Positions 59,347-64,000 of a stretch of 64,000 bases of DNA are shown piece after piece (within the stretch, counting starts at the first letter, position 1; every line of letters starts with the position of its first letter). The notes below the pieces were generated by a model that was not told where the DNA came from, ran no database searches, and worked only from the letters and a program-made list of their open reading frames with translations. A program made the position numbers and the translations under genes. Source of the stretch: Candidatus Micrarchaeota archaeon (GTDB lineage: Archaea; Micrarchaeota; Micrarchaeia; Norongarragalinales; SBBD01); the NCBI GenBank assembly GCA_018819225.1, contig JAHJQN010000005.1:47168-111167 (forward strand), given 5' to 3'.

Positions 59347-60870
59347 ATGGAAAAAAACCGCAAACCGCCCTCGAAAAATCAAAAAGCGATTTCAGGAAGA
59401 AGAATCCTGGCCCTCTTCGCGATCCTGCTATTGCTCGGCATATACTTGCGAAGCAATGTTTTCGCGTTAATGATGAACGACGAGTTGCTCTATGTAGCGA
59501 CATCACTTCAGCATGCGGGTATATTCGAGGGCGAACCCATAAACAACGTGCACCCGCCTCTAGCGAAACTCTTCTTTGCGGCTACGTGCATGGTTCAATT
59601 CTGCGATTTTTCCGCTTTTGAAATCTATGCCTCGGCGTATCCATTGAGAACCGGATTCCCGAACGTTGTCGAGGCCCTTCAAAGCGTTTTGCCGCTCATG
59701 AGACTCGTTTCGATCGGATGGTCGATTGCGACGGCGGGAGTGGTTTACGTCTATACGCGCAAGTGGTTCGGGAATGACGCAGCACTTTTCGCGTTTGCGT
59801 TAATGCTGGTTTCACCCAACATGCTCTTGTACTCGAACGTCGTCATGTTGGAATCCGCGTTCCTCTTCTTCTTCGTGACCACTTACTTTTTCTATTTGGG
59901 AACGTATCGCGAACATCGCTCTCCAAACAATGCGCTGATCCTGACCGGCCTGTTAACCGCGGCCTTGTTGACGCGTCAACTGATTCCGTTCATTCTTCTC
60001 CCCCTTTTATTTGAATCCGAAATCATTGATTTCATTCGTCGTAGGCACTGGGATTGGAAAATGAGCTTCATCGTTTTCCTCTCTCTCAGCATTCTGATCA
60101 CGGTGTATCCCGTCCAATCATTTAATGAAGCCGCGGAGTTCGTGAACTATTTCGAGTTTGGTCGAAACGTTAATATGGATGCCATTCAGATGCTGGCCAG
60201 TCGATTGGAACTCGCCGTCATTCTCCCGCTCATTCTGGGAATGGGTTGGCTGATCGGAAGAAAATCACCCTCGCCTATCCCGCGATCGTTGGGTATTGGC
60301 GTCTTGGTGCTCGTAGCCATGCACATCTGGATTGGAGCCAACACCTTGAGATATGTGACCGCAGCGTTTCCATTGCTTTATGTACTCGCAGGCGCCGCTT
60401 TGGCATCACTGCACGGATGGAAGCGCGCGTTAGGCGTTGGACTCGCGGGACTGCTCATCGTTCAGGCGGTGATCGCCAATCCGTACTACGAACAATTTAC
60501 CGGGATTTCTGGGCTGGAACCCCCTGAAAATGAACGAACGAGATCCTTAGGCGTCCATGCGTTTCTGCTATCCGAAAACGCCGATAAAATTATTACGAAT
60601 GACGCGTACGCACTTCCGTATGCGTTTGATTTGCCTGTGGAATACATTTTGAGAATGAATGGTTCGGCTGGTCGGCCGATCACCATCCAACAAGCCTGTT
60701 CATACGCCGTCGTGATGAACGAAGCGATGGAACGGAGAGACGCCAATCTCTTCGCGTTCCGAAAAACAGGTACCGAACATTTATTCCGGTGTCCCGCGCT
60801 CTACGCGAGCCTTCAAAAATATCCGAAAGTCTACCAAGACCGGTTTTACGAAGTATACCAGCTCGAGTGA
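59347..60870 (+). CDS. GT-C (GT39/PMT_2-like) membrane glycosyltransferase
   Basis: NDELLY, HPPLAK, multiple TMs. Confidence 0.8.
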   Translation: MEKNRKPPSKNQKAISGRRILALFAILLLLGIYLRSNVFALMMNDELLYVATSLQHAGIFEGEPINNVHPPLAKLFFAATCMVQFCDFSAFEIYASAYPLRTGFPNVVEALQSVLPLMRLVSIGWSIATAGVVYVYTRKWFGNDAALFAFALMLVSPNMLLYSNVVMLESAFLFFFVTTYFFYLGTYREHRSPNNALILTGLLTAALLTRQLIPFILLPLLFESEIIDFIRRRHWDWKMSFIVFLSLSILITVYPVQSFNEAAEFVNYFEFGRNVNMDAIQMLASRLELAVILPLILGMGWLIGRKSPSPIPRSLGIGVLVLVAMHIWIGANTLRYVTAAFPLLYVLAGAALASLHGWKRALGVGLAGLLIVQAVIANPYYEQFTGISGLEPPENERTRSLGVHAFLLSENADKIITNDAYALPYAFDLPVEYILRMNGSAGRPITIQQACSYAVVMNEAMERRDANLFAFRKTGTEHLFRCPALYASLQKYPKVYQDRFYEVYQLE

Positions 60871-60937
60871 AAAATGACGGTTTTCAAGGCGAAAGGAATT
60901 GGTTTTTAAAGCCCCGTTTCCCCAAATAGTGGGCTGA

Positions 60938-61046
60938 AGCCCCGTCGTCTAGTGGCCAAATCGTTTTCTCGCTTTAGAGAATGGATTCCATAAAAGGATG
61001 GGAGGCTTTGGACCTCTCGACAGCGGTTCGAATCCGCTCGGGGCTA
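60938..61046 (+). tRNA. tRNA-Gln(TTG) with D-loop intron (60958-60993)
   Basis: AGCCCCG/CGGGGCT acceptor stem, GTGG/CCAT BHB helix; removal gives TAGTGGCCAAGGAT. Confidence 0.92.
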
Positions 61047-61248
61047 TGCATTAAAAGCACGAAGGGATACAAGACTAAAGCAGGTGCGTCAGGCGTCCGG
61101 ACGTTTAATTAGCCTTTAAAAAAAGTTGCCCGCATGCCAAACGGGTTTATCTTCGACTTTTAGGTCGAACTTTTTTCAAAAAGGCCGTTCGGAAACCGCC
61201 CGGACCAAACGCATTTTTTTTTAAATTTTCGAAAGATTGGTGAACGAA

Positions 61249-61473
61249 ATGGGACGAATCAAAGGAAAGCACGTGAAGACCGCAGCCAAAGAATTGGTGA
61301 AGCATGCGAGTGACAAGTTTGCCGCAGACTTCGATCACAACAAGGTTAGGTTGAAGGAACTCGGCATGCTGAAAGGAAACCGCATGGAACGCAACAAGCT
61401 CGCCGGACAGATCACGAAGCTCAAGAGAAATGAGTTGGAGGAGAAGGCCCGCGAGGAAGCGGAAGCCGCTTAA
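61249..61473 (+). CDS. rps17e: 30S ribosomal protein eS17
   Basis: MGRIK..VK, DFDHNK, RNKLAGQIT. Confidence 0.93.
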   Translation: MGRIKGKHVKTAAKELVKHASDKFAADFDHNKVRLKELGMLKGNRMERNKLAGQITKLKRNELEEKAREEAEAA

Positions 61474-61491
61474 TCTGGAAAGGAGTCATTC

Positions 61492-62523
61492 ATGGACTTG
61501 GAGGAGCGCTTGGAACTCGCCTGCCGGCCTCCGGTACAGGAAGTCGTGCTCAAGGAAGAATTGAAGGAGCGGTTTGAAACGCATCGGGAACCCGTACACT
61601 ATATCGGCCTCGAGATTTCAGGAGAATTACATATCGGAAGCCTGTTGCTCACCGGAAATAAAATCAATGACTTGAAGAAAGCCGGCTGCAAAACGCAAGT
61701 GTTTCTTGCGGACTGGCACTCCGTTATCAACAACAAGTTCGGGGGCCAATGGGAAAAAGTGCAGGAAGCCGCCAAATACTACGAAGAAGCGTTCACGTTT
61801 TATTGTCCGGGAACGCGCGTCATCAAAGGCTCGGACGTGTACCATCACAACGACGAATACTGGAGGGACGTGATCCACTTCAGCAAACACATGACCCTGA
61901 AGCGCGCGACGCGTTGTTTGACGATCATGGGCCGCAGCGAAAGCGATTCCCTGGAACTCGCGCAATTCTTTTACCCGTCCATGCAAGCCGTGGACATGAA
62001 ATACTTGGAAGTCGATATCGCGCACGCGGGGATGGATCAACGAAAAATCCACATGGCGGCCCGGGAAATCTTCCCGAAAATGAAGTGGAAGAAACCCGTC
62101 GCGTTACATCACCGCATCTTACCCTCCATGGCCCCGCCGACCGAAACCGGGGAATACGAGAACAAGATGAGCAAGAGCAAACCCGGAAGCGCGATCTTCA
62201 TTCATGACTCGGAAAAAGAAATCCGGGAGAAAATGAATAAGGCGTATTGTCCCGAGGAAACGAGGGATAACCCGGTGCTCGCCATACTCAAGCACCTTGT
62301 ATTCAATGACGCGAACGAGTTGACGGTCAACCGCCCTAAAAAGTTCGGTGGCGATCTGACGTATCACTCCTACGAAGAAGTTGAGAAAGCGTATACTGAA
62401 AAGAGGTTGCACGCGCAGGACTTGAAGAATGCCACCGCGGAAGCGCTCAACGAACGCATTGCGCCCGTGCGCACGCATTTCGAGAAAAAGAAGGAGCTGC
62501 TTAAAGTATTCGATGGAGCATAA
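61492..62523 (+). CDS. tyrS: Tyrosine--tRNA ligase
   Basis: YIGLEISGELHIG, YPSMQAVD, GMDQRKIH, KMSKS. Confidence 0.96.
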   Translation: MDLEERLELACRPPVQEVVLKEELKERFETHREPVHYIGLEISGELHIGSLLLTGNKINDLKKAGCKTQVFLADWHSVINNKFGGQWEKVQEAAKYYEEAFTFYCPGTRVIKGSDVYHHNDEYWRDVIHFSKHMTLKRATRCLTIMGRSESDSLELAQFFYPSMQAVDMKYLEVDIAHAGMDQRKIHMAAREIFPKMKWKKPVALHHRILPSMAPPTETGEYENKMSKSKPGSAIFIHDSEKEIREKMNKAYCPEETRDNPVLAILKHLVFNDANELTVNRPKKFGGDLTYHSYEEVEKAYTEKRLHAQDLKNATAEALNERIAPVRTHFEKKKELLKVFDGA

Positions 62524-62558
62524 GCCTTAAATCAACGCCGCCACAAGGATCCGTTACC

Positions 62559-63827
62559 ATGAGCCGAATGAGCACACTCGAAAAGCGTCTGCACTTACGC
62601 ACGATTTCCCCGTTAAAGAAAGTGTTGGCTCGACTCAAGCTTCGAAGATCCTCGAAACCCAAAGTGAAAGGCCGGAGAATGAAAATCGCGTTCTTTACCG
62701 ACACGTATTTGCCGAACGTGGACGGCGTCGTCAACTCCATCCTCTCCTACCGAAAAGAGTTGGAGCGTCGGGGCCATCACGTCTCCGTGTTTACATCCGG
62801 CACCAAAAATGATGAGGAAGAGAACGAAGACGCGGAAGTATTCTACTTCGATTCCGTGCGTTTTCCGCCGTATCCGCAGTACAAGATCGCGTTGTTTCCG
62901 TTCGGCTCGCGACAAATCGTGAAGGAGCAAGGCATTCAAATCGTGCACTCGCACGCGATTGCGAGCATGGGCTTGGCAGCGGTCGCGACCGCCAAGACGT
63001 TAAACTTGCCGTTGGTCGGCACGTTTCACACGATGGCTCCGCGCGCCGGATTCCTGGTCGCGAAAGACGAGATCGGGAAAAGCATTTTTTCCGCGCTCAC
63101 GTGGCAAGCCATCAAGCAATTCTATAAGCCGTACGACTTGGTGCTCGCGCCCACGGAAACCATTCAGAAAATGTTGAATGAGAACGGGGTCGCGCATACG
63201 GGCGTGGCGCCCAACGGCATTGACACGCAGCGCTTTTTCCCGAACCATAATGGACATCTCGTGCGCGAAATGATGGGCATCGGAGAAAACGAGCACGTCG
63301 TTTTGACGGCGGGTCGAATCAGCGAGGAAAAGAACGTGGACGTGCTCGTGAAAGCCGCGAAAATCGTTCTCGCGAAAGAAAACGCCAAATTTATTGTTCA
63401 AGGCGACGGACCCGCGCGAACGAAATGCATCAAGCTCGCGCGCAAGCTAGGGATTTCCGACCACTTCTTTTTCACGGGGTTCGTAAAGGACTTCGAGGTG
63501 CCGTTCTTTTACAACGCGTGCGACGTGTTCGCGACGGCGAGCACGTTCGAGACGCAAGGGCTTTCGTTATTGGAGGCGATGGGGTGCGGCCGGATTTCCG
63601 TTGGAGCCGATGCGCTGGCGATTCCCGAGTTGATTAAGCCGGGAAAGAATGGCTTCTTGTTCCAGCCGTTTAACGAAGAGGAAATGGCGGATCGCTTAGT
63701 GGAAGCCTTGAGATTAAGCTCGAAGGAACGGAAGAGGATCAGCCGGGCGGCCAGACAGACGGCTTTGAAGTACTCGATCAAGAACAGCACGGACGTGTTG
63801 TTGAAACAGTACAAGCGCGTATTGTGA
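62559..63827 (+). CDS. Glycosyltransferase family 4 (conserved part starts at 62679)
   Basis: MKIAFFTDTYLPNVDGV, ETQGLSLLEAM. Confidence 0.92.
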   Translation: MSRMSTLEKRLHLRTISPLKKVLARLKLRRSSKPKVKGRRMKIAFFTDTYLPNVDGVVNSILSYRKELERRGHHVSVFTSGTKNDEEENEDAEVFYFDSVRFPPYPQYKIALFPFGSRQIVKEQGIQIVHSHAIASMGLAAVATAKTLNLPLVGTFHTMAPRAGFLVAKDEIGKSIFSALTWQAIKQFYKPYDLVLAPTETIQKMLNENGVAHTGVAPNGIDTQRFFPNHNGHLVREMMGIGENEHVVLTAGRISEEKNVDVLVKAAKIVLAKENAKFIVQGDGPARTKCIKLARKLGISDHFFFTGFVKDFEVPFFYNACDVFATASTFETQGLSLLEAMGCGRISVGADALAIPELIKPGKNGFLFQPFNEEEMADRLVEALRLSSKERKRISRAARQTALKYSIKNSTDVLLKQYKRVL

Positions 63828-63889
63828 ACGTTCTGGTGCGCTCCGAAAATAACTCTTTTAAAGGTATTCCGCCCGTAGTATATCCTTGT

Positions 63890-63999
63890 GCCCTGGTAGC
63901 TCAGTCGGTAGAGCGGCTGACTGTTATCCTTATTGTTCCAATACGGTTCAGTAATGGACAGTGATCAGCAGGCCGCAGGTTCAAATCCTGCCCAGGGCG
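63890..63999 (+). tRNA. tRNA-Asn(GTT) with canonical 37/38 intron (63927-63963)
   Basis: GCCCTGG/CCAGGGC acceptor stem, CTGT/ACAG BHB helix. Confidence 0.94.
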
Positions 64000-64000
64000 T

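Overview
Chromosomal window from a DPANN-type archaeon, most consistent with Ca. Micrarchaeota. The basis is archaeal ribosomal and informational genes, a divergent 16S/23S and tRNAs with many non-canonical BHB introns. It holds housekeeping clusters (S13-S4-S11-rpoD; L30e-nusA-S12-S7; L44e-S27e-aIF2a-nop10-PAC2; radA; tyrS), surface-glycan genes, a CcdA/thioredoxin redox cluster and fbp/aldolase/thiD. There are six tRNAs, five of them carrying seven introns in total. The 16S-tRNA-Ala-23S operon carries one group I intron and three BHB introns, with two LAGLIDADG endonucleases. The most novel signal is a co-oriented minus-strand cluster (13174->4365). In it a small secreted protein, the C-terminus of a 1519-aa adhesin and the N-terminus of a membrane anchor share motifs arranged like a donor-strand-complemented pilus (tip adhesin, shaft, base). 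Other notable signals are: an Lrp regulator between two paralogous secreted proteins with Ptr2-like operators; a homing endonuclease whose stop codon is made only on intron circularisation; and a REP-like T/A hairpin element found beside tRNAs and inside a 16S intron. All calls are by eye, without database searches.
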